From NCBI GenBank assembly GCA_030264375.1, contig JASCQW010000190.1, forward strand, positions 76,066,084-76,130,083: a stretch of 64,000 nt of DNA, read 5' to 3'. The notes beneath the pieces were generated by a model that saw only the letters and a program-made list of their open reading frames with translations, did no database searches and was not told where the DNA came from. The stretch is from Carcharhinus longimanus (taxonomy: Eukaryota). This document shows, in pieces, positions 13,076 to 27,516 of this stretch (position 1 is its first letter; every line of letters begins with the position of its first letter). The translations under genes were made by a program, and so were the position numbers.

Positions 13076-13189
13076 ATGACCGCCCCGCCATAGAGATCAG
13101 GAACATTTTAAAATAATTTCCCAAACAATCAACAGAAATAACTGAATGGACAAGATCTCACATTTCAGTATGACCCTACTTCCATAATC

Positions 13190-13440
13190 ACCATGGTAGA
13201 TGGTGAAATTTGAATTCAAAATCTGAAATACAAGTCTAATAATGACCATGAACTGATTGTCATAAAAAAACCCATCGGGAAAGGAAATCTGCTGTCCTTA
13301 CCTGATCGGCCTTTATGTGTTTTCAGACCCACAACAATATGATTGACTCTCAAATACTCTGAAATAGAGGGCAGTTAGGGATGAGAAATAAATGCTAGTC
13401 CAACTAGCAATGCCCACATCCCATGAATGAATAAAAAAAA
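13190..13440 (+). mobile_element. Same SINE family, 5'-truncated
   Basis: gatggtgaaatttgaattc..aaatgctagtcc..cccacatcccatgaatgaataaaaaaaa. Confidence 0.75.
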
Positions 13441-14414
13441 GACTAAAGATTACCAATTTAAAAAAAATCCTGAATAGCAAATTCAATGTTTGCCATCTCT
13501 TATATACACTATCCTACTAATTGGCACCAGCATTACATTCTCAATTCTGTCCAACTCTTAAGTGATGGAAGATAACAGCAACCAACTCAGGGTGCTGAAA
13601 CCCATCATTGTACTGCAAAACTCAAGAACCCCAACTGAGCACTTTATGCTTCAAGAAATTCTCCTCCAGTACCAAAATGCAAGATTAATTTCCACCACCC
13701 CACCCTAATGTAAATAGAACTCCCATTCCTTACTTCTAAACACCAGGATCCAGTGGAGATTTGCTAGCATTACGTAAAAAATATTACGTATGTCGGAGAT
13801 GTAAAGACTTTTTTTGGAAGGAATTCTTCACTGGTGTCCAAAATAGCTCCCAAAATCCCTGCAGAAACGTTTTTTGCCTCAGTTACAGGTGGGAAAGATT
13901 TCACCTGTTGAGTACCAAGGTCTGGAATTTGGTTGAGTCAGGGTGATTCAGGAGCTTTTTACAAATGGTGGGCATGACCTAATTCTGCGATTGCTACCCC
14001 TATTCCATCTGCACACAGTATTTCTGCCCTTGCAGGCTCTATTGGAGGGCTGGACAGTTAAATCACATGACTTCAACCCCCACCTACCACCAGGCCATTC
14101 TTTTATGAAGTCAGACTTCTTCCATAAGAATATATGGTTCATGGCACCTCAGATGAGTTGTGAACCACAGGCTATCCCCATTCCCAAGTGGGGAACACAA
14201 AAGTGTCACCTGCTTCAGGAATGTTTTCATTGAAAGTTTGGAATATAGAAAAAACTACATGAGTTCCAGTTATTATATGCTGCATTGCAATTTACATATA
14301 TTTTTACTTTAGTGATTGATTCTGAAGTTGTATTCTGCAAAATTAAGTTGACCATTACATTGATCAGTTGTCGAGATGTAGTCGGGTTTATTTCCTATTG
14401 GGGAAAATGTTATT

Positions 14415-14757
14415 AAAGAATAAAGAACAAAGAAAATTACAGCACAGGAACAAGCCCTTTGGCCCCCCAAGTCTGCATCATCCATGCTGCCCAACTAAAC
14501 CAAAACCCACTATGCTTCCAGGGACCATATCCCTCTATTCCCATCTCATTCATGCACTTGTCAAGGTGCGCCTTAAAAGTCACTACCGTATCTGCTTCCA
14601 CTACTTCCTCCGGCAACGAGTTTCAGGCATCTACCACTCTCTGTGTAAAAAAATCTGCCTCGTGCATCTCCTTTAAAGCTTGCCCCTCGCACCTTAAACC
14701 TATGCCCCCTAGTAGTTGACTCTTCCAACCTGGGAAAAAGTTTCTGACTATCCAACT
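14415..14757 (-). mobile_element. Relatively young CR1 LINE 3' end
   Basis: Peptide QKLFPRLEESTTRGHRFKVRGASFKGDARGRFF; (TTGTTCT)-type tail at about 14415-14435. Confidence 0.85.
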
Positions 14758-16149
14758 GGCTATTATCACTCAAAACTTAAAAAAACACTGGTTGGGAACT
14801 CTACTGTCATTATCTAAGATAATTTAAATGTCTACAATCCTTTATATTTAAAAATAGAACAGATCTTCAACTTTCAAATAAATGTAAACAGACTCTGAGA
14901 GCCTTATTTTACCATTTTGATTCTAAGTGCTGGGCTTGTTGTCTTCACATGCCTTATTTATTTTTTGCCTGTATTTTCTGCCTGTGTCGCCATTCTCTCT
15001 GATGGTGAATGCACATAAAAAAAAGTCATCCTCCTATTCCTAAACTGCGCTGATTGACAGGCCATCTAGTATAACTTAGAAAACCAAACACACAGCCACC
15101 TATTTTGCAGATTCCGTAGACAATTGTTTCCATATTGAAGGGTTTTATTTGACAGCTAGGGCATTATGAATGCTTGGCTTAGTTTCAAAAATTAAATAAT
15201 TATTTAATCTGAATTTGCAGATAGTGGAGTTCTCATCCTTCCAGCTCAATGGCTCCAATGGCTGCCCCTCCAGTTTAGCACAGGGAGCAGCATTAATTTT
15301 TTTAAAGCAACACTTTCAAGACTTTCTAGAGGGGAAGTTCCCCTGAGAGAATTGTCACGCAATTGGACAGCTGACAGCTCTGTAGTCCCAGCTGTGCCAG
15401 CCAGGAGCAAGGATCATTACTGGCACAACAGACAATTACACCACACTGAGGAGGCCAAGTAAACCCAGGTGGGGTGGCTCATTGAGGGAGGTGCTGGGTT
15501 GTGGGCTGAATTCAGGAAGCCATGAAGAGGGCAAAGGGGAGATGACCTTGCAGGGAAGGGCTGCCTTAGACTACATCTTGTGTGACACCAGCCCTTGCAG
15601 TCAAGTTGCTGAGAATCCTGCATGACAGGGCAGCTTAACGTTCTTAAGTGGCCATTAATTGACCCCTTAAGAGCTTCAAAAGGTCCAAAGGCTGATGGAC
15701 ATCTGGCAACTCCTTTCCCTCCCTGCAGAGTTTCTGACAGAATGTGGGTGGATTGCAGGGAAGCTACTGCTGAATTTTACATGCCCCACCACCACCATTA
15801 TTAATAACTTCCCCAACACAACCCTCACCCCCTCTTCCCTTGCCGCAAGCCACATCCCACCTAAGGTTCAAATCTGTCAGCAGGAAAGCAGAACATTCGG
15901 TCCCTTTTCTCAGTAGAGGGCTGTGTACACAGTTGAATTGGACATTTTAAGAGGTTATTAAAAGGTAATCTGTCTTTGATATGGTTACTGAATAGATATT
16001 TGTTGGCTATTACAACAGATTGAGATGATTTAACATTTTTGAATGGCTTATTTGAATGTGTTTCTTTTTCAGAATGAAATCTATTTGAGTGAAAACTCTG
16101 TTAGGTTATTCAGGGCTTATCCTTTTCATGTCCCTTCAAATACATGACT

Positions 16150-16390
16150 CAATAGAACCACAGAATCCCTACCAAGCAGAAGGAGGCTTTTTGCCTATTG
16201 AGTCTGTACTGACTCTCTGTCAGAGCATCTTGCCTCGGTCCAATCCCACCCTATCCCAATAAGCCCATTTAACATAGCTAATCCTAAACACCTTTCAACA
16301 CTAAAGGCAATTAAGCCTGACCAATCCACTTAAACCTTCACATCTTTGGACATTAATGGGCATGTCCAATCCATGTAACCTGTACATCTT
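16150..16390 (-). mobile_element. HE1 SINE 3' half
   Basis: cagaatccctac..gcagaaggaggc tail in reverse. Confidence 0.65.
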
Positions 16391-16764
16391 TTACCTCCTG
16401 ATGTCTGCTCATAATGAATGGCGATTGAAGATTTATGGAGGACATGGATGGCATGGGAAGTATTATGGGGCATGGAAGGGGACACAAGAGGCATGGGGAG
16501 GGTATTAGGTGGCTTGAGATAAGTGGGGTGACTGGGGTATGAAGAGCAGCTGAGGGGCGAAGGGCTGAGGACCTGACACTCATCACTTCAGTTAGGCTGA
16601 TGTGACAGTAAATGCAGACAGGCATTCTAGCCACCTGGCCTTGCTGTCGATCCACCTCTAGGCCTGCCTTTGGAGGCAACGCACAGTCAACTATGATACC
16701 AAACCTCTGAATTAGATAGCTGCTTTATAATCATTCTCAGATATTTACAATTCTATTCTTCACT

Positions 16765-17205
16765 TTTTTTTATCCAGTCATGGGACATGGGCATCACTGG
16801 CCCATGGCTGGCCAGCATTTACTGCCCATCCCTAATTGTCCTTAAGGAGGTAGTGTTGAAGGGAGTGCTCTTGAAATGGTGCAGTCCATGTGTTGTGAGT
16901 TGACCCACAATGCCATTCGGGGAGGAATTCCAGGGTTTGACCCAACGACTGACAAGGAATGGCAATATATTTCTAAATCACTTGGAGGGGAACATACGGT
17001 TGGTGGTGTTCCCATGTATTTGCTGCACTTGTCCTTCTAGATGGTTGAGTGTTTGTAAGGTGCTGTCCAAGAATGTTTGGTGAATTTCTTCAGTGCACCT
17101 TTTAGCTAGTACATATTACTGCTACTGAGTGTCGGTGGTGGAGGGAGTGGATGTTTGCAGATGCCACACAGGCTGCTTTGTCCTGGATGGTGTAAAGCTT
17201 CTTTG
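16765..17205 (-). mobile_element. Family-B LINE 3' end
   Basis: gggacatgggcatcactgg..gccagcatttactgcccatccctaattgtcc..gctgctttgtcctggatggtg. Confidence 0.75.
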
Positions 17206-18409
17206 TCAGCACACCTCAATAAAACTGGACAAAATGTTGCTGATTGCATCGATGCTCAAAAGAAAGGTTCAGTTTAATATTTCATATTGGATCCTTCTTT
17301 GGAACAGAACCTCCCAAAACACTACCCTTATTTTCAACTGCTGTGCATTTTTAACAATCTATTTTTACTTTTGTTTCTCCAGATAATTTGTCATAATTTT
17401 CCCAAGTATCTGCTATTTCTATACGTACTTTCTGTTTAATGATTGAACAATACTTAATAAACAAAATGAATAATGAACAATTGCTAGGCAATAATAGCAT
17501 AAATAAGGAAAAGACACCCACCCTCCCACTCACCCCAAGGAGCAAGCTGATTAATATCCCTTGTATACACCATAATTCTTTCACTTTCCTGACAATGTGC
17601 CTGACTACCTTTTTGGTTTCCTTGTTTTTAATTTCCACCCTTGAGCATTTGTGCCTTTCGCTATAGTGAGCAATTTGCTTGGACCATTAATGGATGACAC
17701 GCATTTATCATAAATTTAAGTGTATCAGGGCAATCTGACATTAGGCAAAACTGAAGTCTCCTTAAACATATGCAATACAAGTTCATGACTGCCATTAAAT
17801 TTTCAATATGGAGCATTATAATTGATAGACCTTCAATTTCTCTTTGGCATTCTCTCAATTTTACTATCACAGTCCTAATGGAGAAAGTGTGAAGTACTGT
17901 GACTGAGTGAAACTGTGTTTATAAATCATGATGGCACTCTCAGGCAATCAGAATCATTTTACAATGTTGGAAGATATCCTGAATGAGCTGGGATGTCTGC
18001 AGTGCAGGTATTAATGGTTTCTACAGTAATACAGGGGATGGAATTCTCCTATGCCCCAACCACTGAGGTCAATGGTGGATGGGATAGAATTCAGCAGAAA
18101 GGCCAAAAATCAGTACTACAGTGGCTTGAATTTCCCCTAGGATCTGCCGCTGATGCCTGCCATCACAGATAGAAAACCTGCTAGTGGCTGTCATGAGACT
18201 GATTGCATCCTGCTAATGAGGTGCAGATGAAGACCTGATCGGAATCCTCCTCCCACACCCAATTCTCCACAACATCAATGGGAAAACACATCCGTTCAAA
18301 ATACATCTAGAACATTTTGGTGTGCAGAGGTCGGGACTAATCTGAAGAATGCCTGGGGCTGTCTCTAGAGTTGAGGATGGAGACCGGCAACACCCCTGAA
18401 ACCTGAATA

Positions 18410-21230
18410 AAAGTAAATATCCGTGGATGCTGGGATCTGAAACCAAAAGAAAAAATGCTGGAAAATCTCAGCAGGTTTAGTAGCATCTGTAAGGAGAGGA
18501 AAGAGCTAATGCTTTGAGTCCAGATGACCCTTTGTCAAAGTTAAAAGGCAAAGAAAGAGGGAGATATTTATACTGCAGGGTGAAGAAATGGAAAATAAGT
18601 CATAGCCACAGAAACCAAGGGAAAAGACTGCTAATGGCCATCCATAGCGAGAATAAAGGGTGTGAATGGCCAAATGGCAGAGAAGCTAAAATCAGAGGGT
18701 AAACTATGACAGATGCAGATGTGGGGGGAAGAGGAGGGGGATGGATGGAGAGAGATAAAATTTGGAAAAGGGGAACCAAAAAGGGAGAAAAGATAAGGAA
18801 AAGGGGGATAAAGTAGAGGAAAAGAGCGAGGGGAAAGAAAAATGAAGAAAGATAATAAAGAAATAAAAGGTAGAGTGCAGCAAAAAATTAAATAAAATGA
18901 AAACAAAGGGGTCAAAGTGGTGTAGAGCTAATCATCTGAAGTTGTTGAACTTGATGTTGAAACCGGAAGGCTGTAAAGTGCCTAGCCGAGAGATGAGATA
19001 CTTTCCTCCAGTTTGTGTTGAGCTTCATTGGAATATTGCAGCAGACCAAGGACAGACATGTGGGCATCGGAGCAGGATCATGTGTTAAAATGGCAAGCAA
19101 CAAGAAGGTGAATGTCCTGATTGTCCACAGACTGAAGGTGCTCAGCAAAGCGATCACCCAGTCTATGCTTGGTCTCTCTGGTATAGAGGAGACCACATTG
19201 GGAGCAGCGAATGCAATACACCAAATTGAAAGATGTGCAAGTGAAAACACTGCTTAACCGGGAATAAGTGTTTTGGACCTTGGATAGTAAGCATGGAAGA
19301 GGTAAAAGGGCAGTTGTTACATCTTCTGCGATTGTGTGGGAGGGTGCCATGAGTGACAGGAGAGGTGTTGGGTATAGTGGAGGAGTAGATCAGGTTATTC
19401 CAGAGGGAATGACGTCATTGGGAGGCTGACAGAGGGAGTGAAGGGAAGATGTGTTTGGTGGTGGCATCACACTGGAGTTGGGGAAAATGGCACAGGATTA
19501 TACTTTGCATGTAGAGGCTGCTGGGGTGAAATGTGAGAACAAGGGGCCTCAATCCTTGTTTTGGGAGGGAGGGAAGGGGGCNNNNNNNNNNNNNNNNNNN
19601 NNNNNNNNNNNNNNNNNNNNNNNNNNNNNNNNNNNNNNNNNNNNNNNNNNNNNGAATCCACAATTGAGGAAAAAGGAGCACATATTAGAAGAACCACTTT
19701 GGAAAGCGGCATTATTGGAACAAATGCAATGGAGGCAAAGGAGCTGAGGGAAAGGGATGGAGTCCTTACAGGAGGTGACGAGCTGTAGTCCAGGTGGCTG
19801 TGGGAGTCAGTGGGCTTGTAATGTTGCCATTGCTGAAGTGTAGGCAGAAAGGTCAAGGAAGGGGAGGAAAGTGACTGAGATGCACCAGCTAAAGGTGATG
19901 GAGGGGTGGAAACTGGAAACAAAGTTGATTAATTTTTTGAGGCCTGGATGAGAGCATGAAGTGGCACCAAAATAGTCTTCGATGTATCAGTAAAGGAGTT
20001 GTGGGATGCAACATGGGTAAGCCTGGAACAAGGAATGTTCCACATACCCCATAAACTGGAAGCTGTCAATATGATGCAGGGCATTTGAGGAATCCCAGAT
20101 GTAGGTGGGGAGGGAATGGGCCAGAGGAATGAAGATGGAATCAAGGTAAGAGTAAATAAATTCAGTGGGGCAGGAGCATGCTAACAGGCTAACTAGGACA
20201 GTCCTCTTTTTTGTAGTTTTTGGGAAGTAGGTAGAAGCAGGCTGTCCAGGGTTGGGAAATTAGAGGTTGGAAGCTGCGGGGGAAAGGCATCCAAAGGAAA
20301 TGAGGTCCTTTGTGACTGTGCTGAAGATAATGGCTTAATGTTCAGTGGTGTGGCCATGATCCAGGGGGAGGTAGGAGGAAGTATCTGAGAGTTGGTACTC
20401 AGCTTCTGTGAGGTAGAGGTCAGTACACCAGAGGACAACAGCACCCGCTTTGTCAGCAGGTTTGATGACAATATCAGGGTTGGACCTGAAGGAGCGAAGA
20501 GCAGAAAGTTCAGAAGGAGAGATGTTGGAATGGGTGAGGGGGGCAGAAAAACTGAGGCGGCCAATGTCCCAACGTCAGTTCCCAACGGAAAGATCGAGGG
20601 CAGGTAATTGTCCTGGTGCGGGTGTCCAATTGGAGGCAGAACGTTGGAGGCACATGAATGGATCTGTGGAATGGGAGAGGGGAGGAGGACTCTTGTCCAA
20701 AAAAGTGGGCACGGAGATGAAGGCAATGGAAGAAGTGTTCAACATCATGTCAAGCAGCGAATTCATTGAGATGGGGACATAAGAACAAAGAACAAAGAAC
20801 AAAAATCAGCCCGGGAAAAAGCCCCTTCAGCCCAACGAGCCCGCGCCGCCATCTCAACACCACCAGTTCACCCCTCTACCCGCGACCCCTGTCTAAGGGT
20901 CTAAGGGTACAAAGCTGAGTCCTTTGTTGAGAACAGCACGCTCAGCCTCAGAGAGGGGAAAGTCGGAGGGTATGGTGAAGACACGGGCTAGAAGAGATGG
21001 AGTGCGAGGGATTGGGATTGGTGGAGGGCCTGGGATGGGCAGTGGTGTTGGTAAGTTGGTGGAGGTTGCATTTCTTTACATCTGCAAGAAACAGGAAAAG
21101 CTTTTTGTTAACACGTCGAATGATATGGAGGATGAAATGAAACTGGGGACAAGGGCAACTTTGAGAGAGATGGGAATTCCCATCCCTGAAACCTGGAACG
21201 TCAATGGATGATGGGAGCATCTTTCAGGTG
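18410..21230 (-). mobile_element. Penelope-like retroelement (probably Neptune group), decayed; RT remnants, C-terminal GIY-YIG endonuclease and 3' terminal repeat
   Basis: Frameshifted fragments: FTCTSFNLVYCIRCSQCGLLYTRETKHRLGDRFAEH (GIY-YIG), PLVLTFHP linker and HYKPTDSHSHLDYSS (RT thumb). Terminal repeat with a hammerhead-like motif at about 18410-18545. Confidence 0.85.
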
Positions 21231-23109
21231 GATCTTGAGCTTCAATGTCATTAAGGAGATCTGTTTTCCAGCTTCAGAGTATTCCTGGAGATCCATCTTC
21301 TTTCTTCAGTCATAGGTCAGTGATGTGGGACGCCTTTTCCACAAGGCACCCAGATATAATGATGTGACGCATATAATCAAGTGCGCTCCTCCACGGAATT
21401 TGGTACTTAATCCCCAGATGCATAACTAATTAGGTTGAGGCAGGAAGGTATGATGGGGTTTCCCTTCAACCTCTATAGCAGGAAACATTCACCATTTAAA
21501 CACCCCCCCAATATGGGACTTAATTCATTTAATTCCAGATGGGAGAATTCCAGCTAATACCTCCCTCCAAAAAACAAATCAAGCCCTTAAATAGATAGAA
21601 AGAAAATATTGGTCCATCTATCTGGCCTTTCTATCTTGTCAGGAGTCCTTATATCACTTTATACTTGGTGCTTTGAGGGCTTCTAAAAATGGTTCTTGCT
21701 TCTCTGTGAAGATTCATTTTCTTAACTTCCTCCTCCGTGATACAGCCATTCAAACAATTACTTTGTAGTTCCAGAAAATTGCAAGATGTCTCAAGATAGT
21801 AATCTCCAGGCAAAGATAAGTGCCTCCATTATCATCATTAAATTACAATATCAGTGCCTTTACAATCGTTCAAAGTCGATCTGAACCCTTCTTTATCTTG
21901 CTTACAAATCTGATAATGCCTTCATATCATGTGCTTGCCTTTGACAGGTTGAAAGCTTTTCTCCGATGTCCTGTTTCCTTTTTGATAGCACCTACAGCTT
22001 TTATTCACAATTTGAGGCTATAGATATTTCATGGAATCACAAGCAACCATCAGATTGACATGTCTGGTGGGAAATGACATGTCCTGGCAATATAGTTTGG
22101 ATCATTATCTTTTCATTTTATCCTAGCTATTTTATGTTGCATGGTAACATTAAAAGGCACAGTAAGTTCATCTGTGACATCCCTTTGTACCCATCACATA
22201 AAATCCTGTGACACATGACATTAAAAAAAAGTTATGCTTCTCATAACTGATGGCACCATTTGTTTAATAAATAGTTTAGTTTTGGAGTTCTAACTGGAAA
22301 CACAATTGTCAGCAACCCTTGTAACTACATCAAGAAGCAAAGACTGACACAAGCAAGAAATAAACTACAAGTGTACCATCCTTTGTTTTGGCACTTCCCT
22401 CTCACAAATGTTTTTCATGTTGGAATCATTTCTAAAACAGACAGTCAAATCAGTAGGGGTACATCTTCAGAGTCAAACCCACAGATCAACTAACTTAATT
22501 ACCATGCATTTTGCAGTTGAGATCTTAGGTGAAGACCTGGATCATGAACCCTTACCCCTATACTCCCCATTTAAAATTGAAAGGCCATTTCTGCCACAAA
22601 ACTAAATGCAAGGAATTGGATTTCATGCTCCACTGGTAGTGGAATTTTGGCAGTGGGATGGGGTGGTGGGGTGGTGGGGTGGGGGGGGGGGGGAGGTGGT
22701 GGTGGCGGTGGATTGAGGCATGGGGAGTTTCCCTTAGGGTTCCCATCCATACTAGCCTCATAGCAATTTTATTCTGGGATGGATAAGGCTTCAAACAGGC
22801 CACTGCCTTTGCCCCAATTGAATCCTCTAAGTGACCAATTATTTCCTCAATTTTCAGACTGGCGGGAAGACTTCCCGAGTCCGAAAATAATCGTAATTAG
22901 GCCTCAGGCGGAAAAGGGGGTGGCATCACTTCCTCCAGAGGTTGCCTTTTAAATTTGGACATGCCCACTCCTCATCCTCCACCCATCAGCCCACTCCTCT
23001 CTTCCTCCTCCACCTCCCCACCACCCCCCCAGGTCNNNNNNNNNNGGTCTCATTGCTGCTGGACCGCCTTCCACTCCAAGTCCCCTCTCCCAATACCTGA
23101 GCCACACAT

Positions 23110-23335
23110 AATTACCTTGCTAATTGCCCAGACACTAAAGGACAATTGAGCATGGCCAACCAAACTAACCTGCACATCCTTGGGATGTGGAAGGAAATTG
23201 AAGCACCTAGATGAAATCCATGCAAGCGCAAGAAAAATGTATAAACTCCACTCAGACAATCACCTGAGGCCAGAATCAAACCTGGCTCCCTGGTGATGTG
23301 AGGCACCAGTGTTAATCACTGCGCTACTGTGCCAT
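23110..23335 (-). mobile_element. HE1 SINE 5' part
   Basis: catggccaac..aacctgcacatcc..gtgaggcaccagtgttaatcactg. Confidence 0.7.
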
Positions 23336-26300
23336 CAGTGAGGATGTGTTCCTTGCCAACTCTTTGGGTGGCAGAAACCCCAGTCTCTGAAATTTTCAGG
23401 CCAAGGCAAGGTCTTCTGGTTGTATATCTTGTTATATGTGGAATATGCTTTTATCCACTAGACTATAAGGGATGCAAGGTCCTTTTTAAATGAAAATACA
23501 ATAAAATAGACCTTGGCAATAGAAAAGTGCATGTATGCCTTCACCATAAACGACACTATAGAGATCCACATACTCCAGAAGTGTGGGAGATCAAAGGGAG
23601 AGAAATAAGCCCAAATCTTCCAGTCTCTGGATGGCTGAACCTCGGTGATATTTGGGAAGATGTGCTATGGGACCCCTTGGAAGTCCCAACATAAGGACTC
23701 TGTGGGAATTACCTGGGAAGTTTCAATTTCTGCTGGGTATGTCCCCTATGTCTGGAACTCTTCAATAATGGCTGAGTTAGAATCAGACACTCTCAAATCC
23801 CTCGTGACTCATTGATCCCTCTGATCCTGCAACTCCCCTGATCGTCTGACACGCTCCCGACCATCTGACTTCTCTTGACCTGACTCAACATCAGCATCCT
23901 GTCCCCTACCATCTTACCATTCCGTTCCCTATCCAGATGGTATACTACCCATCCCACCATCCTGTCACTTTACCCACCCTGCCATCTGCGACCTCATTAT
24001 TCTGTCCACTCTATGCCCTCCCACCTATACACCCTGCTAAACTGACTTCAGTGCCACTTAATAAAGGGAAAGAGAAAAAACAATCAGCTTGTTCCTGAAT
24101 AAAATTGTGTGGTTTCTGCTGTAAATTTGTATGTGTGGGACGCGTACTGACTGCAAACAGAACCATGGACAACTCTGTTGAGCTGCATGGGGAAAACAAC
24201 CAAAATACACATAGGGTTTGAAGTTTCACATTTGTTGCATTCTTATGTTTAGCACAAATGTAGCAATCAGATGAAAAGATTGGGAGAATAAGAATGTGGC
24301 TTCTTTATTTGAATATATGTTATATACACACAATAGCAGAAGCTACGTAAAACAAGTCTGATCTGCAGGGACAGCTGCTCTGATCTATCTACAGAGTTGG
24401 GGGATTAAACACCACATTCTGTCTCATGGTGGGTAGTGGTGGACAATAATTTAAGATATGCTATTTAAAGATGTATTACAACAGTGTTTGCTGAGTAATG
24501 TGAGCCAGGCCATTTCCCAATGTCCATAACTCAAGACTGTCATCTCTGCCCATGCCTGTCATATTTTTCTCTCCTCCAAATATGGCTGGGAATGGTTTGG
24601 GCTTTGGGTTTTCCAAGCTATTCTTGGAAGCTGTGGATGCTGAAATGGGCTAGTTAGAAGACCTGCTTTGATTTTCTGGTACATTGTTCCAGTTATTCAC
24701 ATCATTCCTTTACACCTTAAACCTCAGCTTGCGTCCACTCCCAACACCATATCCCGTCAATTTCCCCTCATATTCCCCATGCTCCTTCATGCTTCCTCAT
24801 TCTCCATGTCTCCTCATGCCCCTATGTTCCTTCATATTCCCCATATACCTCAATGCCTTCATGAACTTTCATACCTCCTATGTTTCACTCATGCCTCTTA
24901 TCATGCAGATTGACATCTTTATGTCCTCTCTATGCCCTACATGTATCCTTCATAGCCATTAACTCAGTATCCACTTTGTATCGTCAGTTCTCAGCAGCAT
25001 GTAATAACAAAGAAAATCCTTTGAAATGGACTTAAAAGAAAAATGTCTAACTATCGAATAAAAGTGTCAATCAAGCATATTGTAATTTATACTGCACAGA
25101 AAAAGATCATTCCCATTGAAAAAATAAATTCCTATAAGCAATCACTCAGTTGTTAAAACAAGTAAATATCTGTTAAGTAACTAAATCAAAGACAGAATTT
25201 TCCTTTAACAATCCTTTAAATTGTCAATCAAACTGTGGTACATAATCATCTGCTGAGCTAACTAGTTATTGCAATTTGAAACACACCCAAATATTCATAA
25301 TGGGTTCAGCTGTCGAAATGAACCATTACAGCCCCAGAAAATGGAAACCATTGAAACAGAAAGATCAGACAGTTCAATTATTTTCTAAACTCCATGAAAT
25401 GGCCCTTCGTTCAAAGAATTCCAGAAGGAAATGGTTTTTTATTTCTTAGTTAAAGCAGCATATTTTTACATTAAATTTAAAGCATTTTGGACATTTACAT
25501 CGCTTCAAATCTTAACACTAGACTTCCAAACCACTGCTCTCTATAGCTTTGAAAGCACAGTAGCACTTTTTCAAGTGGAAAAAGATGTCTAACACATCTA
25601 AAAACTTATATAATGCTGATCAATCTAATTGTTAACTTCCTTTAGCAGGACGGAGACTTGTGATTAATCACAATATTTAAAACACATATACCTTAGAATA
25701 CAGCATCTAATAATGAATTTCAAGTTGTCAAAATATTCAATTCGTATGTGTCAGATGTTCCTGAATCCTGAGTAGGCTTTCCTCAAGATTCTAAAATTCA
25801 CAAACAAGTCAAAATTTCAGAAGCCTTCCAAAAACTGCCTAATCCAATGAAAATAATAGGAATCAGGAAATATAAACTTCCCCTGGGGTTGTCAATGGTG
25901 ACCCCAATGTCAGAGAACAAGCATGCTGGGTCACAACTGGTCTCTTATCTGAATCTCTTCCCATTTATGGCAAGATTGTGTGGGTCAATTTTTATACAGG
26001 AAGTTGCTGTGAAAGAAGCAAAGTTTTGGTGATCCCCAACCCCATTCCCAGCTCCAGGAGGATATGAAAATCTGATCTCTCGTGTGAAATTTCACAAATA
26101 ATTAGGCTATGCACATCAAAGGCTGGATTTTATCACCAACCCCCCCACCCTGGGGATTGGTTGTGAGAAGCCATTGGCAGGGTGGCTGTATAAAGTGGTG
26201 AAGAAGGAAAAGAAGGAAGGCAAGGCTGGAGTGCTCATCACATTTCCACCACTTTACCCATTTACAATTACAAATAGGGGTGTGGAGGATGGACCTTCCA

Positions 26301-27516
26301 CCCAGAGGTCAAATATGACGCTTAAGTAATGAATGAAGGTTAAAAGATCAGGGACAAAGGAAAAATAAGCACATTCAGGCGATATTAGCTTCATACTTCT
26401 GAGAAATGGAAATCACCATTGAATCATCTCCACTCCTACATTATTGCACCATGACTATAGATTTCTGGCCAAGTCTTCTGATCCTGGCTTCTTTAGAAAT
26501 GTTTCAGGATCTTCCACTAAACTACTTCCACATAGCGCTGGATAGTTGATAGGGTGGGCGCTGAAGGCAAGCCATGCCCCCTTTTTATGGTACTAACTAC
26601 CATATTCTGCTAAGTGTTCACCGTAAAGCTTTGGGTCATTTAACAAGCTTTCCAGTGAGTTAGTGCTTGAGTGTATGAGCGAATGGGTGAGTGAATGGGT
26701 GAATGTGTAAGTGTTTAAGTGTGTAGGAAGAGATAAGTGTGAATGTAGGTATGGTGGCAGCAGGGGAAGCTCAAAGCTGGTTAGGATAGTATTTGGGTGT
26801 GGGTAGGGTGGCAGGTAGTATGATGGAAGCTCAAAAGAATGACAACTGGGCAGGGTGGTAAGTTGGTAAAGTGGTAGGTAGCAAGGGCAGTGGCTAGATG
26901 TTTCACAGCGCATAGGTTGGTGAGACAGGTAGAGGCAGTGAGTGGATGTGGCTTGGGGAATAGTCAGCTTGGGAAGAGTCACGGGTCAGGATTCATGAGG
27001 TTGGGTTGAAGGGAGTCAGGGATTTGGGGTCGTCAGTTGGTGGGGTTAGTCAGATCAAGTCAGAGGAGGGTTTGGGGGGAGTTAAGGGAGATTTGGGGGT
27101 GTTAGATGATGACTTCTCCACCTAACATTTCCTAGATTACTACTCAAGTTAGGAACCATACAAAGTCTCTGCTTCAAGCCAGATTCAGAGACTATTTCAG
27201 AGGGTCCCAGGGATCAGCAGTCTTTTGCTTATCTGACCCACTGGAAGTTCAAATTTGCTGGGCAATTCCCACGGAACTAACGGTCAAGATGTCCGAGAGA
27301 TCCCATCAAAGGGATGGAGAACTGTAGGGCTATGTCTGGTCCCTGGCAATCCAGACAATGGGAGATCAGACCATATTCATAATATATTGAAGGAAACTCC
27401 ATGGAAAGGCTACAAAAATATAAACAAACACTGCAGCTGCTTTAGTATTTTCATATAACCTTATCACTTTCAAAATTCAGTCTTTCTCAATATAAAACCA
27501 AACGCAGAAAACATAA

